Below are positions 17,915 through 27,412 of a stretch of DNA of 64,000 nt, piece after piece. Numbering within the stretch: position 1 is the stretch's first letter; each line of letters begins with the position of its first letter. The DNA is taken from positions 14,541 to 78,540 of the forward strand of contig NZ_CAMICL010000002.1 of the NCBI RefSeq assembly GCF_946221105.1. Direction: 5' to 3'. The DNA comes from an uncultured Corynebacterium sp. GTDB lineage: Bacteria; Actinomycetota; Actinomycetes; Mycobacteriales; Mycobacteriaceae. A program made the position numbers and the translations under genes. The notes under the pieces are model-generated. The model had not been told where the DNA came from. It did no database searches and was given only the letters and a program-made list of their open reading frames with translations.

Positions 17915-19249
17915 CTACAGGGTAGCAGCCGGTTTCTGCCACACAAAATGCCCGCTCGCCTGGGCTTCCTCGTGCTCGTGCCCCAGCGGGATGCCGCCAC
18001 GTTCGCGTATCACAAGCGTGACGACGAATCCTGTCACCGTCGCCGCCATCAAATACACGGTGATCGCGGCGGTGCCGCCGGTCGCCTCGCGCAGGGCGGC
18101 GGCGATGGTGGGGGCGAACGCGCCGCCCAAAATCGCGCCGAACGCATAGGAGATGGAGGCGCCGGACGCGCGGATGGAGGCGGGGAAGAGCTCGGCGTAG
18201 AACGCGCCGATCTCGCCGTAGGTCAGTCCCAGCCCGACGGTGAGGAAGATCAGCGCCGCGGTGATCTTCGGCAGTGACCCGGTGTTCACCAGCGGGAACA
18301 AGGCCAGCACGCCGGCGGCCTGCACCACGAAGCCGATTGCGAGGGTGCGGCGGCGGCCGATGATGTCGGACACCCAGCCTGCGAATGCGGTGGTGCATAG
18401 CCAGGTGGCGGCGGAGGCGGTGACGGCCCACAGGATGTCGCCGCGCTCCAAGGCGAGCCCGGCCGGGTCGGTGACGTAGTTCTGGATGTAGCCGCCGGTG
18501 GTCATGTAGCCCACCGTGCCGTTGGCGGCGAAGATCAGCGCCGCGGCGAGAACGAGCCCGGCGTGGCGCTTGAACAGCGAGCCGACCGGGTTGCGTGCTC
18601 CGACCTCGCGCATCTCTTCCACCACGGGCGATTCCTCCACGCCGGTGCGGATCCACCAGCCCAGCACAGTCAGACCGATGGACAGCAAAAACGGCACGCG
18701 CCAGCCCCACTGCAAAAATGCTTCGCCGGGGGCGATCATGGTCATCAGCGCCAGCACGCCGGAGGACAGCAGCAGCCCCGCTGGCACGCCCACCTGGGGA
18801 CCGGCGCCGTAGAGGCCGCGCTTGTGGGTCGGCGCGTGCTCCACGGCCAACAGCACGGCCGAGCCCCATTCGCCGCCGGCGGAGGTGCCCTGCAGGATAC
18901 GCAGCAGCACCAGGGCGGCCGGCGCGAACCAGCCGGCGGTCTCGTACGTGGGCAACAGCCCGATCAGCGCGGTGGCGGTGCCCATGGTGAACAGCGTGAC
19001 CATGAGCACGCCGCGGCGTCCCAGCCGGTCGCCGAAGTGGCCCGCCAGCACCGCGCCCAACGGGCGGAACAAAAACGACAGGCCGACGGTGAGGAAGCTG
19101 GCGATCGTCGCCGCCGCGGGCCCGAGCGGGCCGAACATGACCTGGTTGAACACCAGGCCGGCGACGGCGGCGTAGAGGAAGTAGTCGTACCACTCGATGG
19201 CGGTGCCGATGGTCGTGGCCGCGACAACGCGGCGTCGCTCACTACGCAC
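17915..19249 (-). CDS. MFS transporter of the metabolite:H+ symporter (MHS) family.
   Basis: EWYDYFLY N-terminal motif and 12 TMs. GTG start with a GGAGG RBS. Confidence 0.8.
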   Translation of the reverse strand: MRSERRRVVAATTIGTAIEWYDYFLYAAVAGLVFNQVMFGPLGPAAATIASFLTVGLSFLFRPLGAVLAGHFGDRLGRRGVLMVTLFTMGTATALIGLLPTYETAGWFAPAALVLLRILQGTSAGGEWGSAVLLAVEHAPTHKRGLYGAGPQVGVPAGLLLSSGVLALMTMIAPGEAFLQWGWRVPFLLSIGLTVLGWWIRTGVEESPVVEEMREVGARNPVGSLFKRHAGLVLAAALIFAANGTVGYMTTGGYIQNYVTDPAGLALERGDILWAVTASAATWLCTTAFAGWVSDIIGRRRTLAIGFVVQAAGVLALFPLVNTGSLPKITAALIFLTVGLGLTYGEIGAFYAELFPASIRASGASISYAFGAILGGAFAPTIAAALREATGGTAAITVYLMAATVTGFVVTLVIRERGGIPLGHEHEEAQASGHFVWQKPAATL

Positions 19250-20255
19250 GGTCTAAGGCCTCCAAAAGCGCGTCGGTTTCCTCCGCGTTGGTCACGGTCA
19301 CGCGGATCCCCTCGGGGAAGGCGCGCACCAGCACGCCCTCCGCGGCCAGCCGCTCCGCCAGCTCTTTGCCTGCGCCGGGCAGCCACACAAAGTTCGCTTG
19401 GCTTTCTGCGAGCCCAAGCTTTGCGACGACACGGCTCCGCTCGGCCACGGTGCCGTCGATACGCGCACGCAGCTCCTTTTGTGCCTCGAGCGAGGCCAGC
19501 GCCGCCTCCTGCGCCACCGCGCTGACGGAGAAGGGGATGGAGACCTTGTTCAGCGCCTCGATGATCGGGCGCGGGCCGAACGCGTAACCGATGCGCGCGC
19601 CGGCCAGCCCGTACGCCTTGGAGAAGGTGCGCAGCCCCACCACGTTGGGGTAGCGGGTGATCACCTCGGTGGCGACGGGGGTGTCGGCGGCCTGGTTGTA
19701 CTCGAAGTAGGCCTCGTCGAGCACGACGAGGACGTCCGCCGGCACCTCGTCCATGAAGGCGGCGAACTCGGCGTTGGTGATCGTCGTGCCGGTGGGGTTG
19801 TTCGGGTTGCAGATGAAGATCAGCTTGGTGCGCTCGGTCACCGCGGCGGCCAACGCCGGCATGTCCAGCCTGTTGTCGCTGTCCAGCGGGACGGGCACCG
19901 GGGTGGCGCCGACGACCTGGACGAAGATCGGGTAGGCCTCGAAGCTGCGCCAGGGGAAGACCACGTCGTCGCCGGGCTGGGCCGCAATTGAGACCAGCTG
20001 CTGGCACAGCGCGGAGGACCCGGCGCCGAGCGCGACCTGCTCCGGATCCACGCCCAGGTGCTCACCGAGGGCGGTGCGCAGCTTCAGCGCGCCGATGTCC
20101 GGGTAGCGGTTGATCTCACCGAGGGCTTCGCGCATGGCGTCGAGCACCGGCGGCAGTGGGCCCTCGGCGCACTCGTTGGAGGACAGTTTGATGGCGCGCT
20201 CGTCGCGCACGCCGGGGACGTACGCCGGAATTGCCTCGAGGTCGGGGCGGATCAT
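19242..20255 (-). CDS. Class I/II aminotransferase of the histidinol-phosphate / aromatic aminotransferase (HisC/Pat) family.
   Basis: NPNNPTG and SFSKAYGLAGARIGY PLP-lysine motif. 337 aa. 4-nt overlap with the upstream permease gene. Confidence 0.85.
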   Translation of the reverse strand: MIRPDLEAIPAYVPGVRDERAIKLSSNECAEGPLPPVLDAMREALGEINRYPDIGALKLRTALGEHLGVDPEQVALGAGSSALCQQLVSIAAQPGDDVVFPWRSFEAYPIFVQVVGATPVPVPLDSDNRLDMPALAAAVTERTKLIFICNPNNPTGTTITNAEFAAFMDEVPADVLVVLDEAYFEYNQAADTPVATEVITRYPNVVGLRTFSKAYGLAGARIGYAFGPRPIIEALNKVSIPFSVSAVAQEAALASLEAQKELRARIDGTVAERSRVVAKLGLAESQANFVWLPGAGKELAERLAAEGVLVRAFPEGIRVTVTNAEETDALLEALDRA

Positions 20256-21601
20256 GCGCGGCTCCTCTGCGTGGTCAGTGAGATCAGGCCCAGCACGATG
20301 ATCCAGCCGGTCAGCGTGGCAAGGCCCATGCGGTATTCCGGAAGAATACCCATCAGGACGAGCACGAGGACGAAAAACGCGATGCAAATCCAGTTGGCCG
20401 CCGGGTAGAGCGGGGCGGGGAAGGTCGCGCTTTTGAACTTTTTGCGGAAGTTCAGGTGCGATACACAAATGCCCGCCCAGGTGATCAGCTCGGTGCCGAC
20501 GATGATCGCCAGCAGCACCGCGAAGATTTTGCCTTCGAAGAAGAAGTTCAGGATGACCACGGTGCCCATCAGGGCGGCGTCGAAAAGCAAGGCCTTGGTG
20601 GGCAGCCCTTTCGCGCTGGTGGCGGCGAACGCGCGGGGCGCCTGGCCGTTGCGCGCGAGGTCGCGCAGCATGCGCGCACCCGAGTACGTCATGGTGTTGA
20701 GCACCGAGAACACCGCCACCACGATGACCACGTTGAGCGCGGTGGCGGCCGGGCCGAAGCCCACGCCGGCGAGCACGCGGATGAACGGGCTTTCGTTCGT
20801 TTCCTGCTCGTTCCACGGCGCGAGCAGCAAAATGGTGCCGATGCCGCCGAGGTAGAACACCAGAATGCGCCACACCACGGAGTTCACGGCGCGCGGGATG
20901 GCCGCTTTCGGGTTGTCCGCCTCGCCGGCGGCGGTGCCGATGGACATGATGCCGCCGAATGTGAACGTCACCGCCACCAGGGCGAACAGCACGCCGGAGA
21001 GGCCGTTGGGCATGAACCCGCCGTGCTCGGTGATGTTGGAAAACCCGATCGCCTCGTCCGGGCCGAGACCCACCACGAGCGCAAACCCGAGCACGATCAT
21101 GAGCACAAGAGCTGCGACCTTGATCAAGGACAGCCAGTATTCCGTCGCGGCGAACACCCGCACGTTGAACAGGTTCAACACCACCACCAGCAGCAGCGTC
21201 ACCAGCGCGGTGACCCAGTGCGGCAGCCCGGGGAACCAGTAGTCCAAAAAGGTGCCCATGGCGGTCAGCTCCAGCATGCCCACCACGACGGTGGTGAACC
21301 ACCAGTTCCAGCCGGTGATGAAGCCGGCCACCGGCCCGATGAACGCGCGCGAGTACGCCGCGAACGACCCGGAGACGGGGTGCTCGACCGCCATCTCGCC
21401 GAGCATGCGCATGAGGAAGTACACGATCACCCCGACGAGCGCGAACGAGATCAGCACCGCCGGCCCGGCGTACTGGATCGATCCGGCGGAGCCCAAAAAC
21501 AGGCCCGTGCCTATCGACGAACCAAAGGCAATCATCATCAATTGCCTACTCTTGACGCTCCTGTTCAGCCCCTGTTCTTGCAGGCTGTCGTTCTGGCTCA
21601 C
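20252..21601 (-). CDS. Amino acid permease (APC family, AroP-like).
   Basis: IAFGSSIGTGLFLGS signature and 12 TMs. GTG start with an AGGAAA RBS. Confidence 0.85.
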   Translation of the reverse strand: MSQNDSLQEQGLNRSVKSRQLMMIAFGSSIGTGLFLGSAGSIQYAGPAVLISFALVGVIVYFLMRMLGEMAVEHPVSGSFAAYSRAFIGPVAGFITGWNWWFTTVVVGMLELTAMGTFLDYWFPGLPHWVTALVTLLLVVVLNLFNVRVFAATEYWLSLIKVAALVLMIVLGFALVVGLGPDEAIGFSNITEHGGFMPNGLSGVLFALVAVTFTFGGIMSIGTAAGEADNPKAAIPRAVNSVVWRILVFYLGGIGTILLLAPWNEQETNESPFIRVLAGVGFGPAATALNVVIVVAVFSVLNTMTYSGARMLRDLARNGQAPRAFAATSAKGLPTKALLFDAALMGTVVILNFFFEGKIFAVLLAIIVGTELITWAGICVSHLNFRKKFKSATFPAPLYPAANWICIAFFVLVLVLMGILPEYRMGLATLTGWIIVLGLISLTTQRSRA

Positions 21602-21604
21602 GGT

Positions 21605-22051
21605 TTAGTTTCCTGTCGGTGGTCGGGAGGTGGTGCGGGACATGCCGCGGAATTCGGCGATGGCGGTGTCGCCGTCGTAAAGCGTGACGTCCGAAAGCCC
21701 GTTTTTGCCCCACGTGTGGCGCTCGCGTGCAACCCCGCGGATGGTGCGGCCCATCTTCGCCGGGGCGAGGAAGATGATCTCGGACTGCGCGCTGACGGTC
21801 GGGTCGGTGCGCCGCGAGTTGCACGCGCCGCCGAACAGCGCGTCGGCGAAAGTGAACAGCACGCCGCCCTGGCACACGCCGAAGCCGTTGGCGTGGCGCG
21901 CCTCCACCGTGAACTCGCCCTCGGCCAGGCCCGGCTCAAGGCGTGTGATGGTGGCGCCGAGGTACTCCAGGGTGGCGTCGTTGTCGAACATGGATTTCGC
22001 GTGCTCGAGGTCGGGGGTGAAATCCACCGACGGGGCGTAGCGCTCGTACAT
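21605..22051 (-). CDS. PaaI/YdiI-type hotdog-fold thioesterase.
   Basis: Hotdog motif GVCQGGVLFTFADALFG. Confidence 0.75.
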   Translation of the reverse strand: MYERYAPSVDFTPDLEHAKSMFDNDATLEYLGATITRLEPGLAEGEFTVEARHANGFGVCQGGVLFTFADALFGGACNSRRTDPTVSAQSEIIFLAPAKMGRTIRGVARERHTWGKNGLSDVTLYDGDTAIAEFRGMSRTTSRPPTGN

Positions 22052-22076
22052 CCTTATTCCTTCCCGTATGCGTGAA

Positions 22077-22104
22077 GCCGGGGCAGCTTAACTGCTGCCC
22101 CGGC
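22077..22104 (-). terminator. 11-bp perfect GC-rich hairpin (GCCGGGGCAGC-ttaact-GCTGCCCCGGC) downstream of prs, with no U-tract (I-shaped).
   Basis: Direct reading of the sequence. Confidence 0.45.
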
Positions 22105-22127
22105 TGAATCCCGGCGAACCGCGGCGT

Positions 22128-23105
22128 TTACGCCTGGCCCTCGAACAGGGTGGTCACGGAGCCGTTTTCGAAGATCTCGTGGATCGTCTTGGCCAAAAGC
22201 GGCGCAATGGACAGCACCGTGAGGTTGCTCCAGCCTTCGGTGTCCTGCGGCAGGGTGTCGGTGGTGATGACTTCCTCGGCGCCGCAGTCGCTGAGGCGCT
22301 CGCGGGCCGGGTCGGAGAACACGCCGTGGGTGCAGGCGATGACCACGGACTTCGCGCCGGCCTCCTTGAGCACGCCGACGGCGCCGGCGATGGTGCCGCC
22401 GGTGTCGATCATGTCGTCCATGAGGACGCAGTCCTTGCCGTCGACATCGCCGACGACGCGGTTGGACACGACCTTATTCGCGGCGTCGATGTCGCGGGTC
22501 TTGTGCACGAACGCCATGGGCGCGTCGCCGAGCATGTTGGCCCACTTCTCCGCCGACTTCACGCGGCCGGCGTCGGGGGAGACCACGACGAGGTTGTCCA
22601 GCGGGTACTTGGACTTGATGTAGTCCACCAGGATCGGCTGGGCGTGCATGTGGTCCACCGGACCGTCGAAGAAGCCCTGGATCTGGTCGGTGTGCAGGTC
22701 CACGGACACGATGCGGTCGGCGCCGGCGGCGGTGAGCAGGTCCGCGATCAGGCGGGCGGAGATCGGCTCGCGGCCGCGGTGCTTCTTGTCCTGGCGGGCG
22801 TACGGGTAGAACGGCAGGATCGCGGTGATGCGCTTGGCGGAGCCGCGCTTGAGCGCGTCGATCATGATCAGCTGTTCCATCAGCCACTTGTTCAGCGGCT
22901 GGGCGTGGGACTGCATGACAAAGCAGTCGGCGCCGCGGACGGACTCTTCGAAGCGGATGAAGATCTCGCCGTTGGCGAAGTCGCGCGCGGTGGTGGGCAC
23001 CAGCTCGATGCCGAGCTCCTTGGCCACGGCTTCTGCGAGGGCCGGGTGCGCGCGGCCGGTGAAGACCTTGAGGTCTTTGTGGTTTTCGGTGGAGTAACCA
23101 GTCAT
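22128..23105 (-). CDS. prs: Ribose-phosphate pyrophosphokinase.
   Basis: PRPP synthetase motifs and the PRPP-binding site DMIDTGGT. ATG at 23105, 5 nt after the glmU stop. Confidence 0.93.
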   Translation of the reverse strand: MTGYSTENHKDLKVFTGRAHPALAEAVAKELGIELVPTTARDFANGEIFIRFEESVRGADCFVMQSHAQPLNKWLMEQLIMIDALKRGSAKRITAILPFYPYARQDKKHRGREPISARLIADLLTAAGADRIVSVDLHTDQIQGFFDGPVDHMHAQPILVDYIKSKYPLDNLVVVSPDAGRVKSAEKWANMLGDAPMAFVHKTRDIDAANKVVSNRVVGDVDGKDCVLMDDMIDTGGTIAGAVGVLKEAGAKSVVIACTHGVFSDPARERLSDCGAEEVITTDTLPQDTEGWSNLTVLSIAPLLAKTIHEIFENGSVTTLFEGQA

Positions 23106-23109
23106 GTAA

Positions 23110-24552
23110 TTAACCCTCTCGCTTCGCGTTTTTTGCTGCTTCAGCCGCTTCGGTGCCCGGGCGGCGGTCTTCCACCCAGCCTTCGATGTTGCGCTGGCGG
23201 CCTTCCTTGATGGCCAGGGCGCCGGCGGGCACATCTTCGGTGACCACTGTACCCGCGCCGGTGTAGGCGCCATCACCGATGTTGACCGGTGCGACGAACA
23301 TGGTGTCGGAGCCGGTGCGGCAGTAGTCGCCGATGGTGGTGTGGTGCTTGTTTACGCCGTCGTAGTTGGCAAACACGGAGCTTGCGCCAATGTTGGAGTG
23401 CTTGCCCACGGTGGCGTCGCCGATGTAGGTCAGGTGCGGCACCTTGGAGCCTTCGCCGATCTTGGCGTTCTTGGATTCGACGAAGCCGCCGAGCTTGCCG
23501 CGGGCGCCGAGTTCGGTGCCGGGGCGGATGTAGGTGAACGGGCCGACGGTGGCTTCTTCACCGATGACGCCGAGTTCGCCCTGGGTGCGCACGACGGTGG
23601 CGCGGGCGCCGACTTCCATGTCGGTCAGGGTGGTGTCGGGGCCGATTTCGGCGCCGTCGCCGATGACGGTGGAGCCCCACAGCTGGGTGTTCGGGTGGAT
23701 GACCACGTCGCGGCCGATTTCCACCTCGACGCCGATCCAGGTGGTGTCCGGGTCGATCACGGTCGCACCGTTTCGCATCGCCTTCTCGACGAGCCTGCGG
23801 TTGAGCTCCTTGCCAGCCTCCGCCAGCTGCACTCGGTCGTTCACGCCGGCCAGTTCGCGTGCGTCGGGGGCGGTAAAGGCGGTGACCCGGAGGCCGTCGC
23901 CACGCGCGATGCTCAGCACGTCGGTGATGTAGAACTCGCCCTGGGCGTTGTCCGGGGTGACGCGCGTGAGGGCGTCGCGAAGCACCTTGCCGTCGAAGGC
24001 GAACACGCCGGAGTTGACCTCGCGGACGGCGCGCTGCTCGTCGGTGGCGTCCTTTTCCTCCACGATCTCGAGGACGTCGCCGGCCTCGCTGCGGATGATG
24101 CGGCCGTAGCCGGTGGGGTTGTCGAACTCGAGCGAGAGCACGGTGACCGCTGCGTGCTCGGCCTCATGCTTTTCGACGAGCGCCTGCAGGGTCTCCGGGG
24201 TCAGAAGCGGCACGTCGCCGTTGGTGACCACCACGGTGCCGTCGAAGTCCGGGATGGCGGACAGGCCCACCTGCACGGCGTGGCCGGTGCCGTTTTGCTC
24301 CTCCTGGATGGCCTGGCGGATCTCCACGTGCATCTGTTCGGCGATCTGCTCCACGGCCGGGGCGACCTGGTCGCGCTGGTGGCCGACAACCGCAACCAGG
24401 TGGTTGGGGTGCACACCGGCGGCTGCGTGCAGGGAGTGGGACAGCAGGCTGCGCCCGCCGATTTCGTGCAGCGTCTTCTGGCGGTCGGACTTCATGCGGG
24501 TTCCGGCGCCGGCCGCGAGCACGACAACGGCACGTTCGAAGTGGGTAGGCAC
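23110..24552 (-). CDS. glmU: Bifunctional UDP-GlcNAc pyrophosphorylase / glucosamine-1-phosphate N-acetyltransferase.
   Basis: LAAGAGTRM nucleotidyltransferase motif and C-terminal LbH hexapeptide repeats. GTG start at 24552 with an AAGGAG RBS; the ORF's M1 is a TTG. Confidence 0.92.
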   Translation of the reverse strand: MPTHFERAVVVLAAGAGTRMKSDRQKTLHEIGGRSLLSHSLHAAAGVHPNHLVAVVGHQRDQVAPAVEQIAEQMHVEIRQAIQEEQNGTGHAVQVGLSAIPDFDGTVVVTNGDVPLLTPETLQALVEKHEAEHAAVTVLSLEFDNPTGYGRIIRSEAGDVLEIVEEKDATDEQRAVREVNSGVFAFDGKVLRDALTRVTPDNAQGEFYITDVLSIARGDGLRVTAFTAPDARELAGVNDRVQLAEAGKELNRRLVEKAMRNGATVIDPDTTWIGVEVEIGRDVVIHPNTQLWGSTVIGDGAEIGPDTTLTDMEVGARATVVRTQGELGVIGEEATVGPFTYIRPGTELGARGKLGGFVESKNAKIGEGSKVPHLTYIGDATVGKHSNIGASSVFANYDGVNKHHTTIGDYCRTGSDTMFVAPVNIGDGAYTGAGTVVTEDVPAGALAIKEGRQRNIEGWVEDRRPGTEAAEAAKNAKREG

Positions 24553-24612
24553 TCGAATGCTCCTTGTTTTGTGGGATTTGTAGCGGGTTTTTGTCGGCAA
24601 CCAGCATAACGC

Positions 24613-25839
24613 CTAGGCGGCGGCCGCCGAGACTTCTTTCAGGTTCCGCGCGCCGACCACGCCGGCGTAGCCCACCGCAGCCAGGAAGATCAGCGCGGCC
24701 TGCGGCCCGAGGACTGCAATCGCGGAGGACACCGCGCCGACGACGAGGAGGACCACGCCCATCACCGTGTTGGAGGCACCGGTGATCATGGTGCGCTTGT
24801 CGCCGTCGGCCATGTCCACCAGGTAGGTCTTGCGGCTCACGCGCACCGCGGTGTGGGCGAGGTTGACCAGGAAAAAGCCCAGCGGCATGACCCAGGCGTT
24901 CACCGCAGAAGGCGCGAGGCGTGCGCTTGCGACAAGGGCCACGATCACGGTCGAGGCGATACCCGCGGCCCAGGCCATCGTGCTTTTCGACGACCTGTCG
25001 GAAAGCTTGCCCGACACCCTGCCACCCAGCAGCGACGCGCCGCCGGAGGCGATGATGAACGCGCCCAGTCCCGTCAGGTCCGCGCCCTCGTTGCCGGCCA
25101 GCACCACGATGAACGGGGTGGAAAGGGCGGTGACCAGCATCAGCGAGCGCACCACCAGGAACTTCTGCAGGTCCCGGTCGCCCTTAACCAGCGCCCACAT
25201 TTCCTTCATGCTCTGGCCGTCTTTGGACTCCGGTTCGGCTTCCGGCTCGTCGATGCCGCTGAAGACCAGCGATGCCAGCGCCCACGTCAAAGCACCTCCG
25301 GCGAGCAGCGCGGCGATCGTCCACTGCGGCAGGTTGTTCGGCAAAAACGTCAGCAGCAGACCGATCGCGAGCGTGAACGCGCCGGCCAAGGCGGTGGCGC
25401 GGCCGGTGATACTGCCGCGGCGGCCCTTGGAAATCGTGCGCCCCTGCACGTCCTTGCCCGCCAGCGAGCACAACGAGCGAAACAACGCATGGGCGGCCAA
25501 AAGGATAAGGATGACGGCGCCGAGCGGAGTGCCGTCGAGAAGCAATGCGCTGAGCGCGATGAGCCCCGCGGCGATGGCTTGGCCCCACGAACCGATGAGC
25601 CACACGCGTTTGCGGGAGCGCTTCGAGGTCACCCACGGGCTCAAAAACGCCTGCGGCAGCATCGAGCCGGATTCGCGGATGGGCACGAGGAACGAGGTCA
25701 GCACCGCCGGCACGCCCGCGGCGCCGAAGAGCCACGGCAGCACCGTCTTCGGAGCGACGATCTGGTCGCCGATGTTTTGCAGGCCGTTGGACCAGACGAA
25801 CCGGCGTGCGTTGCGTTCCTCGCGTTGATCGTTAGGCAT
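24613..25839 (-). CDS. MFS transporter (12 TMs).
   Basis: Hydrophobicity pattern and MFS loop motifs. ATG at 25839 with a GGGAGG RBS. Confidence 0.7.
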   Translation of the reverse strand: MPNDQREERNARRFVWSNGLQNIGDQIVAPKTVLPWLFGAAGVPAVLTSFLVPIRESGSMLPQAFLSPWVTSKRSRKRVWLIGSWGQAIAAGLIALSALLLDGTPLGAVILILLAAHALFRSLCSLAGKDVQGRTISKGRRGSITGRATALAGAFTLAIGLLLTFLPNNLPQWTIAALLAGGALTWALASLVFSGIDEPEAEPESKDGQSMKEMWALVKGDRDLQKFLVVRSLMLVTALSTPFIVVLAGNEGADLTGLGAFIIASGGASLLGGRVSGKLSDRSSKSTMAWAAGIASTVIVALVASARLAPSAVNAWVMPLGFFLVNLAHTAVRVSRKTYLVDMADGDKRTMITGASNTVMGVVLLVVGAVSSAIAVLGPQAALIFLAAVGYAGVVGARNLKEVSAAAA

Positions 25840-25889
25840 ACAGCGGATAGTAGGGTCGAAAGAGAGTATCAGCGAACCGGGAGGCGGAC

Positions 25890-27386
25890 ATGGCAATGAG
25901 CAGACGCACATTCTTCAGGGGCACACTTCTTGCGACGGCAGCGCTGGCCGCAGCAGCCACGGGTACGGCGTGCTCGACGTCCTCGCAGACCAAACCGCTG
26001 GGCGCTGACGAAAAGGCGCGCCCGCTTCGCATTCCGCCGCTGTACGAGGGCGAGCTGGACGGCAACGTGCGCCGGTTCGAGCTGACCGCGCAGGAAGGCG
26101 AGTTCGAGATCGTGCCCGGCACGATGACCAAGACCTGGGGCTTCAACGGCCCGTACCAGGGCCCGACGCTGTACATGCGCCGCGGCGAGGAAATCGACAT
26201 GACGGTGCACAACGAGCTGCCGGAGCCGACGGTTGTGCACTGGCACGGCATGCACCTGCCTGCGACCGCCGACGGCGGGCCGGCGCTCATGTTCGACCCG
26301 GGTGAGTCCTGGTCACCGTCGTGGACCGTGGACCAGCCGGCGGCGACCTGCTGGTACCACCCGCACCCGCACGAAAAGTCCGCTGTCCACGCCTACCGCG
26401 GACTGGCCGGGGGCATCGTGCTTGACGACGACACTTCCGCCTTCCCCGGCCTCCCCAATGAGTACGGGGTAGACGACATCCCCGTGATCATCACCGACGC
26501 CAACTTCACCGAAGACGGCCAGCTGGACGAGGATAACGGCTGGGTCGGCTCCACCGTCATGGTCAACGGCATGACCAAGCCGCGCTTCGAAGCGACCACC
26601 CGTCGCGTGCGCCTGCGCGTGCTCAACGGCGCGACGATGCGCTTCCACCACCTGTCCTTGGGCAAGCCGTTCCACGTGGTGGCCACGGACCAGGGTTTCC
26701 TGGACGCGCCGGTCGAGGTCGACGGCGTACTGCTCAGCGCCGGCGAGCGCGTTGAGATCGTGGTGGACCTGGAGCCGGGCAAGGACTTGAAGCTGCGCAG
26801 CGACGGTGTCCCGGACCTCGGCGGCATGCCGGACAAGGAAACCGCGGAGATGTTCGGCTTCACCGACAAGTTCGACCTGCTCGAGATCGCAGCGCCGTCG
26901 GACGAGGCCCCCGAAGTGTCTGAGCTTACGGATTCGCTGGTGCCGTTCGAGGTGCCTGACGCGGACTCTGTCGAGGTGGAGCGCGAGTTCCGCCTCAACG
27001 GTGTGGAGATCAACGGCAAGACCATGGACATGACGCGCGTGGACTTCACCGTGGACCACAAGGGTCCGGAGATCTGGCACGTGACCAACGAGAACGAGGA
27101 CATGGCCCACAACTTCCACATCCACGACGCGCGCTTTGCCGTCATCGGCGTGGAAAACGGCGAGTTGGAGTTCACCACCGGCTGGCACGACACGATCACC
27201 GTCCCGCCGCTGGCCACGGTGAGCCTGCTCGTGGAGATGGGCTACTACCCGGACCCGAGCCTGGCGTACATGTACCACTGCCACATGCTCAACCACGAGG
27301 ACCAGGGGATGATGGGCCAGTTTGTCATCGTCGAGCCTGGCCAGGAAGCTGACCTGGATCTGCCCGCCGGCCACGGTGGGCACTAG
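25890..27386 (+). CDS. Multicopper oxidase (CueO/laccase-like) with a Tat signal and a lipobox.
   Basis: RRTFFRG twin-arginine motif plus TGTAC lipobox. Copper-site motifs HWHGMH and HCHMLNHEDQGMM. Confidence 0.88.
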   Translation: MAMSRRTFFRGTLLATAALAAAATGTACSTSSQTKPLGADEKARPLRIPPLYEGELDGNVRRFELTAQEGEFEIVPGTMTKTWGFNGPYQGPTLYMRRGEEIDMTVHNELPEPTVVHWHGMHLPATADGGPALMFDPGESWSPSWTVDQPAATCWYHPHPHEKSAVHAYRGLAGGIVLDDDTSAFPGLPNEYGVDDIPVIITDANFTEDGQLDEDNGWVGSTVMVNGMTKPRFEATTRRVRLRVLNGATMRFHHLSLGKPFHVVATDQGFLDAPVEVDGVLLSAGERVEIVVDLEPGKDLKLRSDGVPDLGGMPDKETAEMFGFTDKFDLLEIAAPSDEAPEVSELTDSLVPFEVPDADSVEVEREFRLNGVEINGKTMDMTRVDFTVDHKGPEIWHVTNENEDMAHNFHIHDARFAVIGVENGELEFTTGWHDTITVPPLATVSLLVEMGYYPDPSLAYMYHCHMLNHEDQGMMGQFVIVEPGQEADLDLPAGHGGH

Positions 27387-27412
27387 CGGGCAGGGGGGAG
27401 CGGCGGCGGGGT

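Noticed and set aside
19242-21302. A 686-aa ORF spanning the aminotransferase and part of the permease
   Set aside because: It is a read-through artefact. The aminotransferase starts at the internal ATG at 20255 (MIRPDLEAIP...), and the upstream part is the antisense of, or out of frame with, the permease gene.
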